64,000 nt of DNA. Origin: an uncultured Phycisphaerales bacterium. GTDB taxonomy: Bacteria; Planctomycetota; Phycisphaerae; Phycisphaerales; UBA1924. The translations under genes and the position numbers were made by a program. The notes under the pieces are model-generated. The model worked only from the letters and a program-made list of their open reading frames with translations. It was not told the DNA's origin and made no database searches. Of the stretch, positions 45,933 through 57,274 are shown piece by piece. The stretch is taken from positions 27,200-91,199 of the forward strand of contig CAXBAF010000007.1 in assembly GCA_963973795.1 (NCBI GenBank), written 5' to 3'. The first letter of the stretch is position 1; the number at the start of each line of letters is the position of its first letter.

Positions 45933-46431
45933 GCTCACCCCGACCGAGCGCCTCCAGCCCTGTCTGCTGGACCGCCTGACCGACGACGAGCCCACCAAAT
46001 CGGCAGAGAGCCGTGACCGGCGTGTCTTCACCACCAGGCAGCTCCGCGAGGCCGTGCTCCGCGACCTGAGCTGGCTGCTCAATACCGCCCAGCGGCTGGG
46101 CCCCGATGAGAGAGACGAGGCGCCCGAGGTCTACGGCAGCGTGCTCAACTACGGCGTGCCCGATCTCACGGGTGTCACGACCGGCGGGCTCGACATAGGC
46201 GGGCTCGAGAAGGCCCTGATCCGCGCGATCCGAGCGTTCGAACCCCGGATCATGCCGGGAACGCTGCGCATCGTCGCCTCGGTGAACGAGGGCGAGATGT
46301 CGGGCAACGCGCTGGTCTTCGAGGTCCGCGGAGATCTCTGGGCCCAGCCGATCCCTGAGCCGCTCTACATGAAGACCGAGGTCGATCTCGAGACCGGGCA
46401 GTACGTGGTGGAGGAAGCGGCCGGGCGCTGA
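45925..46431 (+). CDS. tssE: T6SS baseplate protein TssE (gp25-like)
   Basis: ATG 45925 inside track ORF 45820..46431 gives MAELTPTERLQPCLLDRLTDDEP..., with LRDLSWLLNT and FEPRI. It overlaps tagJ by 8 nt. Confidence 0.88.
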   Translation: MAELTPTERLQPCLLDRLTDDEPTKSAESRDRRVFTTRQLREAVLRDLSWLLNTAQRLGPDERDEAPEVYGSVLNYGVPDLTGVTTGGLDIGGLEKALIRAIRAFEPRIMPGTLRIVASVNEGEMSGNALVFEVRGDLWAQPIPEPLYMKTEVDLETGQYVVEEAAGR

Positions 46432-46468
46432 CGCGGCCGGCAAAGATCCCGCATCCGGAAGAGGCACG

Positions 46469-48376
46469 ATGGACCAGAAGCTCGTCCGCTATTACGAACG
46501 CGAGCTCCGGCACGTCCGCGAGACGGCCGCCGAGTTCGCCCGCGACTTTCCGAAGATCGCCGGACGTCTCGCGCTCGACGAGTTCGAGTGCGCAGACCCG
46601 TACGTCGAGCGATTACTCGAGGGGTTCGCTTTCCTCGCGGCCCGCGTGCAGCTCAAACTCGACGCCGAGTTTCCCAGGTTCAGCCAGCACCTGCTCGAGT
46701 CCGTCTACCCACACTATCTGTGTCCGACGCCCTCGATGTGCGTGGTTCAGATCCGCCCGGATCTGGAAGACTCGGGCCTCGCCGCCGGCTTCACCGTACC
46801 CCGAGACACCGCCCTGCGGAGCACGATCGGGAGGAGCGACCAGAGCGCCTGCGAGTACCGCACGGCCCACGACGTCACGCTCACGCCCATCGAACTCGTC
46901 GAGGCCCAGTACCACGACCGGGATCTCCTCTCTCTCGATCTCCCGCGCGATGCCCGGCCTGCCGCCGTGGTCCGGCTCCGCCTCCGCGCGTCCGCCGGCC
47001 TGCTCTTTGAGGAGATCGAGACCGACAAACTCGCGATCCACCTGCGCGGAGCCGGGAACCTCCCGACCCGCCTTTACGAGCGACTCATTGCGCACACATC
47101 CGCCGTCCTCGTTCGTCCCACGCAGCGGCCTCCCGCGTGGACGGTGCGGCTCGATCCCAAGGCGAGCGTTCGTCAGATGGGGTTCGCCGACAATGAGGCG
47201 TTGCTCCCGGTCGTCCCGCGGACCTTCCAGGGCTACCGGCACCTCCAGGAGTACTTTGCCTTCCCCGAGCGGTTCCGATTTATCGAGATCTCGGGTCTCC
47301 GCCGAGCATTCGAGCGTTGCGACGCTCCCTCGATCGAGATCGATTTTCTGCTCAATGACGGCGACCCCGAGCTCGAGCAGGCGGTCGATGCGTCGGCGTT
47401 CGCGCTGCACTGTACGCCCGCGATCAACCTGTTCCCCAAACGGTGCGACCGGATCCATGTTTCTGACCGATTCCATGAGTTCCACGTCGTTCCCGACAAA
47501 ACCCGCCCGCTCGATTACGAGATCTACGACATCACCGACGTCGTGGGCGTGGGGGGGCAGATCGACGACGAACGCTCGTTCCGACCGTTCTACAAAGCCA
47601 GCGACATGGACGAGGACACGGGGGACGGCGGGGCGTTCTTCGAGACCGCCCGCAAGCCGCGCCAACTGACCGACCGCGAGCGTCGGTCGGGCCGCCGATC
47701 GAGCTACCCGGGGAGCGAGGTCTATCTCCAGCTCGTCGACGCGTCGAGCGCACCCTACCGATCGGACCTCCGCCAGCTCGCGATCAGCACCCGGTGCACC
47801 AACCGCGACCTGCCGCTCCGGATGCCCGTCGGCCAGGGCCGGACAGACTTCTCGATGGACATCGGCGGGTCCGTCGAGTCGATCCGCTGCCTGACCGGGC
47901 CCACGCCTCCCCGCCCCAGCTTTGTCGAGGGTGAGATTCTCTGGCGCCTGATCAGCCACCTCTCGCTCAACTATCTTTCGCTCTCGGATTCGGATCTTGC
48001 GCTGGGGTCTGACTACACCGATCCCAACTCAAGCGGCGCCGCCGCGATGCGCGATCTGCTCAAGATCTACGGGCACCTCTCCGAAGCACCGACGCGTAAG
48101 CAGATCGAGGGTCTGCGGAGCATCCGCAGCCGACCGATCACCAGACGCGTGCCGCGGGACGGGCCGATCAGCTTCGCCCGAGGCCTCGCGATCGACGTGA
48201 GTTTCGAGGAGGGGTACTTCGAAGGTTCCGGCTGCTTCGTCCTCGGCGCTGTCCTCGAGCGGTTCTTCGCGAAGTATGTCTCGATCAACAGTTTCACAGA
48301 AACCCGAGTCCACACCCGCGAGCGGGGGGAGATCATGCGATGGCCAACCAGGATCGGAACGCGGCACACGCTCTGA
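46469..48376 (+). CDS. tssF: T6SS baseplate protein TssF (ImpG)
   Basis: The N-terminus reads LVRYYERELRHVRETAAEFARDFPKIAGRL. Length is 635 aa. Confidence 0.93.
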   Translation: MDQKLVRYYERELRHVRETAAEFARDFPKIAGRLALDEFECADPYVERLLEGFAFLAARVQLKLDAEFPRFSQHLLESVYPHYLCPTPSMCVVQIRPDLEDSGLAAGFTVPRDTALRSTIGRSDQSACEYRTAHDVTLTPIELVEAQYHDRDLLSLDLPRDARPAAVVRLRLRASAGLLFEEIETDKLAIHLRGAGNLPTRLYERLIAHTSAVLVRPTQRPPAWTVRLDPKASVRQMGFADNEALLPVVPRTFQGYRHLQEYFAFPERFRFIEISGLRRAFERCDAPSIEIDFLLNDGDPELEQAVDASAFALHCTPAINLFPKRCDRIHVSDRFHEFHVVPDKTRPLDYEIYDITDVVGVGGQIDDERSFRPFYKASDMDEDTGDGGAFFETARKPRQLTDRERRSGRRSSYPGSEVYLQLVDASSAPYRSDLRQLAISTRCTNRDLPLRMPVGQGRTDFSMDIGGSVESIRCLTGPTPPRPSFVEGEILWRLISHLSLNYLSLSDSDLALGSDYTDPNSSGAAAMRDLLKIYGHLSEAPTRKQIEGLRSIRSRPITRRVPRDGPISFARGLAIDVSFEEGYFEGSGCFVLGAVLERFFAKYVSINSFTETRVHTRERGEIMRWPTRIGTRHTL

Positions 48377-49398
48377 TCCTCCGGCTGATGGAGAAGCCGT
48401 ACGCGTACGACTTCTTCGCCGCAGTCCGCAGGGTCGAGGCAAGCAAGAACACGCCCGCTCGCACGGGGGCGTCCCAACGCCTGCGCGATGATCCCATCCG
48501 GTTCGCCCAGGAACCCTCCCTGGCGTTCGCCCCGTCCACGCTGCACGGATACACGCCGGGCGCGCGTGGTCAACCCGACCGGATGACCGTCAACTTCATG
48601 GGACTGTTCGGCCCCAACGGTCCCCTCCCGCTCCATCTCACCGAGTACGCCCGCGATCGCGACCGCAACGCACGCGACAAGTCGTTCGTTCGCTTCGCCG
48701 ACATCTTCCACCACCGGATGATCGCGCTGTTCTACCGGGCCTGGGCGGTCAACCAGGCCGCGGTCTCGTTCGATCGCATCGCCGACGACCCGGATTCGGA
48801 CCGGTTCGGCTTCTACGTCGCCAGCGTGATCGGCCTCGCCGACAAGACGCTCCGCCGGCGCGACGGCGTGCCCGATATCGCCAAGCAGCACTTCGCCGGG
48901 CGTCTCGTCCAGCAGTCCAAGCCTCCCGAGGGGTTGGCGGCGATCCTGTCGGATTACTTCGGAATGCCCTGCCAGATCGAAGAGTTCGTCGGGCAATGGA
49001 TCGATATCCCCGAGGCCGACCGGCTCCGCATGGGCGCGCACCCCGCGATCGGTCGGCTCGGCGAGTCCGCGGTCGTCGGCGCGCGCACGTGGGATTGCAG
49101 CCAGAAGTTCCGCATCGTCATCGGCCCGATCTCTCTGGATCAGTTCCACCGCCTGCTCCCGACGGGGCGGTCCTTCGCTCGCCTCGTCGGCTGGGTCCGC
49201 AACTACATCGGATACGAATTCGATTGGGACGCGAAGATCATTCTCAAGAAAGAGGAAGTCCCCGTCGCGAGGCTGGGTGGCGACGGTCGGTCGCCCCCCT
49301 CGATGCTCGGCTGGACGACGTGGACAAGCACGAAGCCGTTCGAGGACGACGCGGACGACCTCGTTCTGCGAGCGCCCGACGAGGGGCACATGGTGTAG
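48340..49398 (+). CDS. tssG: T6SS baseplate protein TssG (ImpH)
   Basis: Motifs YAYDFFAAVRRVE and NFMGLFGPNGPLPLHLTEY are present. It overlaps the end of tssF. Confidence 0.92.
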   Translation: MANQDRNAAHALILRLMEKPYAYDFFAAVRRVEASKNTPARTGASQRLRDDPIRFAQEPSLAFAPSTLHGYTPGARGQPDRMTVNFMGLFGPNGPLPLHLTEYARDRDRNARDKSFVRFADIFHHRMIALFYRAWAVNQAAVSFDRIADDPDSDRFGFYVASVIGLADKTLRRRDGVPDIAKQHFAGRLVQQSKPPEGLAAILSDYFGMPCQIEEFVGQWIDIPEADRLRMGAHPAIGRLGESAVVGARTWDCSQKFRIVIGPISLDQFHRLLPTGRSFARLVGWVRNYIGYEFDWDAKIILKKEEVPVARLGGDGRSPPSMLGWTTWTSTKPFEDDADDLVLRAPDEGHMV

Positions 49399-49484
49399 AT
49401 TGCGTCGCCCGGGATGATCCCGAGCGGCACCGGATGAGATTATTGGGAAGGGGACGCCGGCGCGTCCCGTCGGAGGATTCGACG

Positions 49485-52280
49485 ATGGCCGAGATCAGTC
49501 TCAAAGCACTCTTCGGGAAGTTCAACAGCCTGTGCTACAAATCGAGCGAGGCCGCGACGGTCTACTGCAAGATGCGTGGCAACCCCCATGTCGAGGTGCT
49601 GCACTTCTTCCACCAGGTGCTGCAACTGCAGGACTCGGATCTGCACCGCATCATCCGCCACTACAACCTCAACCCGTCCGTTCTCGCGTCGGATCTCACC
49701 GAATCGCTCGACAAGCTCCCCCGCGGGGCGTCCAGCCTTTCCGGGTTCTCCGCCGACTTCGAAGAGGCCGTCGAGCGTGCTTGGACATACGCGACGCTGC
49801 TCCTCAACGAGTCTTCGATCCGTTCCGGGCACATCATTGTCGGGCTGCTCAAGACCAAGGGCCTGCTCCGCTCGCTCACGGCGATCAGCGGCGAGTTCGA
49901 GAAGATCAAGGTCGAGGACCTGACCGACAAGTGGGAGAAGATCCTGGGCGATTCGGTCGAGGCGGGGCTCGCTGCGAAGGACGGCTCCAAGGTGGGCGGC
50001 GGGGCCGTCCCGGGTGAAGCTTCGGGCGCGATGTCGCCCGCCCAGATGGGCAAGGAAGAGGCCCTCAAGCGATTCTGCAAGGACCTGACCGAGGAGGCCC
50101 GCACCGGGAAGATCGACCCGATCGTGGGCCGCGACGACGAGACCCGTCAGGTTGTCGACATTCTGATGCGCCGTCGGCAGAACAACCCTGTCCTCGTCGG
50201 CGAGGCCGGCGTGGGCAAAACCGCCGTCGCGGAGGGGTTCGCGCACAAGATCGTCGAGAACGACGTCCCTCCCCCGCTCCAGGGCGTGCGTCTGCTCGAA
50301 CTCGACGTCAGCGCGCTCCAGGCGGGCGCGAGCATGAAGGGCGAGTTCGAGGAGCGCCTCAAGCAGGTCATCGAGGAAGTCCAGGCATCGAGCCAGCCCA
50401 CGATTCTGTTCATCGACGAGGTCCACAGGCTCATCGGCGCTGGCGGCGCCGCGGGCACGGGCGACGCCGCCCAGCTCCTCAAGCCGGCGCTCGCCCGCGG
50501 TCTCCTACGCACCGTCGCCGCGACCACCTGGGCCGAGTACAAGAAGCACATCGAGAAGGACCCGGCGCTCACCCGCCGCTTCCAGACCGTGCAGGTGGAT
50601 GAGCCCGACGAGGCCCGCGCGATCAGGATGATGCGGAAGGTCGCGGGCATCTTCGAGCAGCACCATCAGGTCCAGATCCTCGACGAGGCGATCGAGTCGG
50701 CCGTCAAGCTGGGGCACCGCTACATCCCGGGTCGTCAGCTCCCCGACAAGGCGGTGAGCCTTCTTGACACCGCGTGTGCGCGCGTCGCGATCGGGCAGCA
50801 CGCCGTCCCCGCCGCGGTCGACGACTGCCGCAAGCGAATCCAGGCGTACGAGACCGAGATCGAGATCCTCGGTCGTGAGAAGGATGTCGGGCGAGACCAC
50901 GAGAAGCGCGTCGCGGGGCTCGAAGCCGCGATCGCTGAGCAGAACGAGATTCTCTCCGGCCTCGAGGAGTCGTGGAAAAAGGAGAAGGATCTGGTCGACA
51001 AGATCCTCGCCTGCCGGATGAAGCTCCGCGGCGGGACGGTCGTCCACGCAAAATCGTCCGCCACTTCCCCATCCGACGTAGGGGGCGACCTCGACGACGA
51101 CGAGGGCAATACGGGCGATGATCCCGGCAGCGTCGACACGATGGGCGGGAGCGTCACCGAAGCGTCCGCGACGGCGCTGTCCGACACGGAGCGGGAGGAA
51201 GTCGCCGCGGAACTCGAATCGCTCCAGGGGCAGCTCTTGGCGCTCCAGGGCGAGAACCCGCTGATCCTCCCCGAGTGCGACGCGAACGCGGTCGCCGCCG
51301 TCGTCGCCGACTGGACCGGCATCCCCGTTGGCAAGATGGTCAAAAACGAGATCCAGGCGATTCTGAGCCTTGCCGAGACGCTCAACCACCGCGTCATCGG
51401 TCAGAAGCACGGGCTCGACGCGATCGCCAAGCGAGTCCAGACCAGCCGGGCGAGCCTCGACAATCCCAACAAGCCCATCGGCGTCTTCATGCTCGCGGGT
51501 CCCTCGGGTGTCGGCAAGACCGAGACCGCGCTGGCGCTGGCCGAATCCCTCTATGGCGGTGAGCAGAACATTGTCACCATCAATATGAGCGAGTTCCAGG
51601 AAGCGCACACCGTCTCGACGCTCAAGGGGGCGCCTCCCGGCTATGTCGGGTATGGCGAGGGCGGGATCCTCACGGAGGCCGTCCGGCGCAAGCCCTATTC
51701 CGTGGTGCTGCTCGACGAGGTCGAGAAGGCGCACAGCGATGTCCACGAGATCTTTTTCCAGGTCTTCGACAAGGGGACGATGGAGGACGGCGAAGGCCGG
51801 GTGATCGATTTCAAGAACACGATCATCCTGCTCACGACCAACGTCGGGTCCGACCTCATCATGAACATGTGCGCCGACCCCGACCTGATGCCGAGCGTCG
51901 AGGGGCTCCAGAAGTCGCTCCGCGAGCCCATGCTCAAGGTCTTCCCCGCGGCCCTGCTCGGGCGGATGACGGTGATCCCGTACTTCCCGCTCAGCGACGA
52001 CATGATCCGCGAGATCAGCAAGCTGCAACTCGGGCGGATCCAGTCCCGGATCGCCGGCAACCACGGCGCCGAGTTCGTCTACGGCGACGACGTGCTCGAC
52101 CTGATCGTCAGCCGGTGCACCGAACTCGAGTCGGGCGGCCGGATGATCGACGCGATCCTGACGCAGACCATGCTGCCCGAGATCTCCAGCGCGTTCCTGA
52201 ACCGGATGATGGAGGGCGGGGAGATCAACAAGGTTTCCGTCGGTGTTGACGATGGCGAGTTCACGTACAGATTCGAGTGA
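49485..52280 (+). CDS. clpV: T6SS AAA+ ATPase ClpV (TssH)
   Basis: ATG 49485 inside track ORF 48996..52280 gives a ClpV-type N-domain (LFGKFNSLCYKSSEAAT...). Two Walker A motifs are present, GEAGVGKTAVAEG and GPSGVGKTETA. Length is 931 aa. Confidence 0.93.
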   Translation: MAEISLKALFGKFNSLCYKSSEAATVYCKMRGNPHVEVLHFFHQVLQLQDSDLHRIIRHYNLNPSVLASDLTESLDKLPRGASSLSGFSADFEEAVERAWTYATLLLNESSIRSGHIIVGLLKTKGLLRSLTAISGEFEKIKVEDLTDKWEKILGDSVEAGLAAKDGSKVGGGAVPGEASGAMSPAQMGKEEALKRFCKDLTEEARTGKIDPIVGRDDETRQVVDILMRRRQNNPVLVGEAGVGKTAVAEGFAHKIVENDVPPPLQGVRLLELDVSALQAGASMKGEFEERLKQVIEEVQASSQPTILFIDEVHRLIGAGGAAGTGDAAQLLKPALARGLLRTVAATTWAEYKKHIEKDPALTRRFQTVQVDEPDEARAIRMMRKVAGIFEQHHQVQILDEAIESAVKLGHRYIPGRQLPDKAVSLLDTACARVAIGQHAVPAAVDDCRKRIQAYETEIEILGREKDVGRDHEKRVAGLEAAIAEQNEILSGLEESWKKEKDLVDKILACRMKLRGGTVVHAKSSATSPSDVGGDLDDDEGNTGDDPGSVDTMGGSVTEASATALSDTEREEVAAELESLQGQLLALQGENPLILPECDANAVAAVVADWTGIPVGKMVKNEIQAILSLAETLNHRVIGQKHGLDAIAKRVQTSRASLDNPNKPIGVFMLAGPSGVGKTETALALAESLYGGEQNIVTINMSEFQEAHTVSTLKGAPPGYVGYGEGGILTEAVRRKPYSVVLLDEVEKAHSDVHEIFFQVFDKGTMEDGEGRVIDFKNTIILLTTNVGSDLIMNMCADPDLMPSVEGLQKSLREPMLKVFPAALLGRMTVIPYFPLSDDMIREISKLQLGRIQSRIAGNHGAEFVYGDDVLDLIVSRCTELESGGRMIDAILTQTMLPEISSAFLNRMMEGGEINKVSVGVDDGEFTYRFE

Positions 52281-52484
52281 TCAAAGCGGCGGAGCGCCCC
52301 GAGATCTGGAGGTCGCCTGCGCGTCTGTGCGCGCCAGATATCCTCGTTTTTCTGGTAGTTAGAGCACCTGTGAGTGGTCCGAAGCCGCGCCGCTCAGTAG
52401 GCTCTCGTCGTAGCCTCGGCGACGGTGATCCGGGGAGCGAATCGGCCGATTCCGGCCTGCTGATGAAAACAGGAGACTCCGGGG

Positions 52485-54683
52485 ATGCGAACCAAACACG
52501 CCCTCGCCGCCGCGACCGACGCCGCCACCGACTGGCTGCGGGCAACTCCCTCAGCCGCGGGCCAGCAGCCCGTCGAGGAGATCTTCGGGAGCGATGTCTT
52601 CGACCAGCGGGCGATGCGCGAGCGTCTCCCCAAGCAGACCTACAAGGAATTGATGAGGACCATCGACGACGGCGAGCGGCTCGCACCGCAGGTCGCCGAC
52701 GTCGTGGCCTCGATCATGAAGGACTGGGCGATGGAGCGGGGCGCGACCCACTTCACCCACTGGTTCCAGCCCCTCACCGGGTCCACCGCCGAGAAGCACG
52801 ACGCGATGATCATCCCCGCGGGCGACGGGAACATCGTCACCCAATTCAGCGGGGTCGAGCTCGTCCAAGGGGAGCCCGACGCGTCGAGTTTCCCCTCAGG
52901 GGGCCTGCGCGCCACGTTCGAGGCCCGCGGCTACACAGCCTGGGACCCGACCAGCCCCGCGTTCATCATCCGCGGCCGAAACCACGGCACGCTCTGCGTC
53001 CCGACCGCCTTCGTCTCCTGGACGGGCGAAGCTCTCGACAAGAAGACGCCGCTCCTCCGCTCGATCGACGCCCTGAGCACGCAGGCGCTCCGCATCCTGA
53101 AGCTCTTCGGGACCGACGTGGGTGTCAGCAAGGTCAGGCCCTCTGTCGGGACCGAGCAGGAGTACTTCCTCGTCGATCGGCACCTGTACTACGCCCGCCC
53201 CGATCTGGTTACCTGCGAGCGCACGCTCTTCGGTGCCAAACCCCCGAAGGGACAGGAACTCGACGACCACTACTTCGGCGCCATCCCCCAGCGGGTGATT
53301 GCGTTCATGGCCGAGGTTGAGCACGAGCTCTACCGCCTCGGCGTCCCGATCAAGACCCGCCACAACGAGGTCGCCCCTGGCCAGTACGAGATCGCACCGA
53401 TCTTCGAGGACTGCAACGTCGCCTGCGACCACCAGATGCTGGTGATGGAGACCCTCCGCCGGGTCGCGCCTCGCTTTGGTCTGCAGGCGCTTCTGCACGA
53501 GAAACCGTTCGCCGAGGTCAACGGGTCGGGTAAGCACAACAACTGGTCGATGTCCACCGACACCGGCACCAACCTGCTCGACCCCCGTGACGACACACAC
53601 ACGAACATGCAGTTTCTGGTCTTCCTGACCGCCGTGATCCGGGCCGTGGATGTCCACGCCGATTTGTTGCGTGCCTCGATCGCGAGCGCTGCCAACGACC
53701 ACCGCCTGGGCGCCAACGAGGCCCCGCCCGCGATCATTTCGATCTTCCTGGGCGACATGCTCACCGACATCGTCGAGCAGCTCGAGAAGGGCACCCCGAA
53801 GCGCACGCTCAAGGGCGGGGCGATCGACCTTGGCGCGATGACGCTGCCCCAGATCCCGCGTCACTCGGGCGACCGGAACCGGACGAGCCCTTTCGCGTTC
53901 ACCGGCAACAAGTTCGAATTCCGCGCCGTCGGCTCGACCGCGTCGGTCTCCTGGCCCAACACAATTATGAACACGATCGTCGCCGAGTCGCTCGACGAGA
54001 TCGCCTCGCAGCTCGAGACCGCGACCCAAGGCAAGGGCAAGGGCAAGAAAGAATCGCTCGAGACGGCGTGCAAAAGGCTGCTCAAGACGCTCCTCAAGCA
54101 GCACAAGCGTGTCATTTTCAACGGAGACGGCTATAGCCAGGAATGGCACGACGAGGCCGCGAAGCGGGGGCTCCCGAACCTCGTCAATTCCGAGGAGGCG
54201 TACAAGGTCTACGGCTCCAAGAAGGCCAAGGACCTGTTCAAGAAGTACAAGGTCCTCGCCCCCGCCGAGCTCGAAAGCCGCAAGCACATCTTCTACGAGA
54301 AGTACACCAAGCAGCTCCAGATCGAAAGCGAGCAAATGGTCCTTCTGGGCCGGCAGTACATCCTTCACGCGGCCCTCGAGCAGCAGGCCGCTCTGGCGGA
54401 GACGGTGACCAAGACGGAAGCAGCCGGCGTGGACGCGTCCGGACTGAAATCGGCGCTCACTGATTTCGCCGATACCGTCAACGCGTTCCGTATGAGCATC
54501 GACAGGCTCGATAACGCCGACGACAAGCAGGACGAAGACCCCGTGAAGCAGGCGAAGTACATCGTCTCGACCATTCTCCCGATCATGGCAGAGTGCCGTG
54601 AGCTGGGCGATCGCCTGGAAACGATGGTGTCCGCCGATCTCTGGCCGCTCCCGTCCTACAGGGAGATGCTCTTCATCCGGTAG
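52485..54683 (+). CDS. glnN: Glutamine synthetase type III
   Basis: Length is 732 aa. Motifs [26 protein letters not shown] and [10 protein letters not shown] are present. Confidence 0.88.
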   Translation: MRTKHALAAATDAATDWLRATPSAAGQQPVEEIFGSDVFDQRAMRERLPKQTYKELMRTIDDGERLAPQVADVVASIMKDWAMERGATHFTHWFQPLTGSTAEKHDAMIIPAGDGNIVTQFSGVELVQGEPDASSFPSGGLRATFEARGYTAWDPTSPAFIIRGRNHGTLCVPTAFVSWTGEALDKKTPLLRSIDALSTQALRILKLFGTDVGVSKVRPSVGTEQEYFLVDRHLYYARPDLVTCERTLFGAKPPKGQELDDHYFGAIPQRVIAFMAEVEHELYRLGVPIKTRHNEVAPGQYEIAPIFEDCNVACDHQMLVMETLRRVAPRFGLQALLHEKPFAEVNGSGKHNNWSMSTDTGTNLLDPRDDTHTNMQFLVFLTAVIRAVDVHADLLRASIASAANDHRLGANEAPPAIISIFLGDMLTDIVEQLEKGTPKRTLKGGAIDLGAMTLPQIPRHSGDRNRTSPFAFTGNKFEFRAVGSTASVSWPNTIMNTIVAESLDEIASQLETATQGKGKGKKESLETACKRLLKTLLKQHKRVIFNGDGYSQEWHDEAAKRGLPNLVNSEEAYKVYGSKKAKDLFKKYKVLAPAELESRKHIFYEKYTKQLQIESEQMVLLGRQYILHAALEQQAALAETVTKTEAAGVDASGLKSALTDFADTVNAFRMSIDRLDNADDKQDEDPVKQAKYIVSTILPIMAECRELGDRLETMVSADLWPLPSYREMLFIR

Positions 54684-54686
54684 CGG

Positions 54687-54712
54687 GCCGGCGTCGGAGA
54701 ACGCCGGCTTCT
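54687..54712. terminator. Hairpin between convergent glnN and thyA (possible terminator)
   Basis: GCCGGCG-tcggagaa-CGCCGGC is followed by TTCT and starts 4 nt after the glnN stop. The stem is short (7 bp). Confidence 0.4.
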
Positions 54713-54794
54713 CGCAGCGTCGCCCGGCTTCGAGCCGAACAGACAGGATGTCGTGAACCGCTGGCGGGCAAGTGTCCCCGGTAGGCGGGCGCGC

Positions 54795-55643
54795 TCAGAC
54801 CGCGACCGCCGCCGCGATGTGCGGGTGCGGCTCATACCCCTCGATGACGACATCGTCGAACCGGAACGCGAAGAGATCACGCACCTCGGGGTTGAGCCGA
54901 ACGGTCGGCCGGGCGAGCGGCGTCCGCCCGAGCTGCAGCCGAGCCTGATCGAGATGGTTCAGGTAGAGGTGCGCATCGCCCAGCGTGTGGATGAACGCCC
55001 CGGGGCGGTACCCGCACACTTGGGCGAGCATCATCGTCAGCAACGCATAGCTCGCGATGTTGAATGGGACCCCGAGGAAGACGTCCGCCGATCGCTGGTA
55101 GAGCTGGCAGCTGAGGCGGTCCGGGCCGCCGTCCTGCACGGTCTCGACCGCGAACTGGAACAGGCAGTGGCACGGGGGCAGCGCCATCTCGTCGATCTGC
55201 CCGACGTTCCACGCACACACCAGATGCCGCCGGCTGCTGGGATTGTCGGTCAGCCCGTCGAGCAGCAACCTGATCTGATCGATCTCCCGCCCGTCCGGCG
55301 TGGGCCAGGCCCGCCACTGCTTGCCATAGACAGGCCCCAGTTCGCCGTCCTCGCCCGCCCATTCGTCCCAGATCCGCACACCCACTTCGTTGAGCGACCG
55401 GGCGTTCGTGTCCCCTCTCAGGAACCACAGAAGCTCGTGGATGATCGAGCGCAAATGGAGCTTCTTGGTCGTTACGAGCGGGAATCCCGATTCCGCAGAG
55501 GCGGGTCCAAGCGACCCGTCCGCGTTCGTCAGGTCGTACCGTGTCTGGTGACCGAAGACGCTGAGCGTCCCGGTCCCGGTCCGGTCCTCCTTGCGGGCAC
55601 CCTCGTCGAGAATCCTTCTCAGCAGGTCGTGGTATTCACGCAT
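54795..55643 (-). CDS. thyA: Thymidylate synthase (ThyA type)
   Basis: ATG 55643 inside track ORF 54795..55724 gives [27 protein letters not shown]. Motifs [10 protein letters not shown] and [21 protein letters not shown] are present. Confidence 0.93.
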   Translation of the reverse strand: MREYHDLLRRILDEGARKEDRTGTGTLSVFGHQTRYDLTNADGSLGPASAESGFPLVTTKKLHLRSIIHELLWFLRGDTNARSLNEVGVRIWDEWAGEDGELGPVYGKQWRAWPTPDGREIDQIRLLLDGLTDNPSSRRHLVCAWNVGQIDEMALPPCHCLFQFAVETVQDGGPDRLSCQLYQRSADVFLGVPFNIASYALLTMMLAQVCGYRPGAFIHTLGDAHLYLNHLDQARLQLGRTPLARPTVRLNPEVRDLFAFRFDDVVIEGYEPHPHIAAAVAV

Positions 55644-55666
55644 AATCGGAGTGTATCGCGGCCGGA

Positions 55667-57208
55667 TCAGTCCGCGGCGTCGCCGTCGGCACCGGGCTGG
55701 GCTTCTTTCCCAAGAAACACCCAATCTCCGTCAAACGCGGCGGGATCCTCCGCAACCCGGCTCTCGACCAGGTCAGACGGCACCCAATTCATCGCGCGTT
55801 CTGCCGACCGCCCCCCGTCGTCGTCACGGTCCATGCCGACCGAATAGAGCACCGGGCCGTGTGCCAGCACTCGGTACCGAAGCGGTTCGCCTGAGAACCG
55901 ATCGACCGGCACGGCATCGAGAAACTCGGGGACCAATTCATCGAGCGAGCCGGGCCACTCGCCGTATTTCGCCCGGTAGCGGGCAACCCCCAGCGATGCC
56001 GCAGTGGCATCCCGCTGCTGGTTGAGGTTCTCCGCGGTCGTGAACGCCCTGGAGTACGCCGGGACGATGAGCGACACCATCATCATCCCAGGATCAGGCG
56101 GGAACGAACGACTCGCCGCGTCGATAGTCTCCATCGCCGCCTCATCCGATGCACCCCGATCCCAGAGCGGCTCGTCACTCCATCGCGACGCGCCGTCGAG
56201 CACGTTTTCGTACGCAGCCGTGACCGTTCGACGATCGGACGCGTACAGGCGAACGGCCCCGTTCATGATCCTCGCCCCGGGCGACGGATCACCCGACCCG
56301 CTGCCGCCGCTCGACGCGCCGTAACCATCGAGATCGCTGAGCATGGCGAGTCCGTTGGCAGTGAACCGTCCGTTTCCGTTGCCGTCATCGGTATAGATCC
56401 GCTGCAGGAAGTCGTAAAAGAAGCACTGCTCGCCGGACATATCGAGCCGGTAGTCGCCCCCGCCATGAAGCCCAGAAAGGCGTGCCTGAACGCGTGCAAG
56501 CAGGGCCTCATCAAGCAAATCGGGATGGCTGATCAGCGTTTCACTGATCCGATCGAACGCCATCACTCGGATCGCAATCGCGACGAGCTGGTTAATGAGT
56601 GTTCTGTGCTCTTCTGATTGATCCGCGATCGAGAGAATCGCGTCGATGTCAGAGACGTACCGTGCCCCGTCGCCCTGCCGTGCCGCGAGTGAAGCATCCG
56701 CTTCCAGCAGCTTCGCGAATGACCGGAACTGGCCGAGATGAGGGAGGAAGAACATATCCAACAGAACCGGTGGTGCCGACGCGTCGTCTCGATCGAGCGG
56801 CGGCTCCTGCCCGGCCGCCTCCCAGAACGCTTCGGGCTGCTTCTCGGAGGTCACGAACCCCAAGCCCGGCTTCGACGCCGCGAGCCGGATTTGAGCCAAC
56901 TCGTCGCTCAGTGATTCGATCCGCTCCTTAAACTCTGAAGGCTCCGCGGTGCGCCACGCCGGGTCCGACAGTTCGGCCAACTCGTCGCTCGACCTTGCTG
57001 CCAACGCGATCACCAGATCGCGATAGATCGGCCACGCCCGATCCGCCTCGGGGACCGCCGCTGCACGCTCGTTGAGCTTTGCCTCGTAGTCAACCGCGAC
57101 ATTCGGGCTGCCGCCTCCCAGACTCCACAGCAGCGTCGGCACGCCCGCGCACATCAGCACCATCACGCCGAAACACCCGATCGCGACTTTCTTTCCCTTC
57201 GACGCCAT
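55667..57208 (-). CDS. Hypothetical N-terminally membrane-anchored protein (513 aa)
   Basis: The N-terminal anchor is [23 protein letters not shown]. The C-terminal [28 protein letters not shown] loosely resembles the tail motif of GspG-like pseudopilins. There is no firm family call. Confidence 0.6.
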   Translation of the reverse strand: MASKGKKVAIGCFGVMVLMCAGVPTLLWSLGGGSPNVAVDYEAKLNERAAAVPEADRAWPIYRDLVIALAARSSDELAELSDPAWRTAEPSEFKERIESLSDELAQIRLAASKPGLGFVTSEKQPEAFWEAAGQEPPLDRDDASAPPVLLDMFFLPHLGQFRSFAKLLEADASLAARQGDGARYVSDIDAILSIADQSEEHRTLINQLVAIAIRVMAFDRISETLISHPDLLDEALLARVQARLSGLHGGGDYRLDMSGEQCFFYDFLQRIYTDDGNGNGRFTANGLAMLSDLDGYGASSGGSGSGDPSPGARIMNGAVRLYASDRRTVTAAYENVLDGASRWSDEPLWDRGASDEAAMETIDAASRSFPPDPGMMMVSLIVPAYSRAFTTAENLNQQRDATAASLGVARYRAKYGEWPGSLDELVPEFLDAVPVDRFSGEPLRYRVLAHGPVLYSVGMDRDDDGGRSAERAMNWVPSDLVESRVAEDPAAFDGDWVFLGKEAQPGADGDAAD

Positions 57209-57274
57209 CCGTCACCTCCATGAACGCTGGCGATCGGTCTCGCCGGGAACCGGTGTCAATCACGATCCCGCGAT

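Noticed and set aside
48996-49484. Upstream extensions of real genes in the ORF track (clpV from 48996, greA from 6691, panD from 7751, tssE from 45820, thyA to 55724, YcfL-like from 477)
   Set aside because: The extensions overlap the preceding genes in other frames and have Arg-rich, non-protein-like sequence. Internal ATGs give canonical N-termini for each family.
52281-52484. Possible glutamine riboswitch or other leader RNA upstream of glnN, and a terminator after clpV
   Set aside because: I could not find the conserved glnA-motif sequence elements, only a 5-bp GCGCG/CGCGC stem and a distant T-run. An Infernal scan with Rfam would settle it.
54753-55847. Plus-strand 364-aa ORF overlapping thyA
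   Set aside because: It is antisense to a textbook ThyA sequence and has no motifs of its own.
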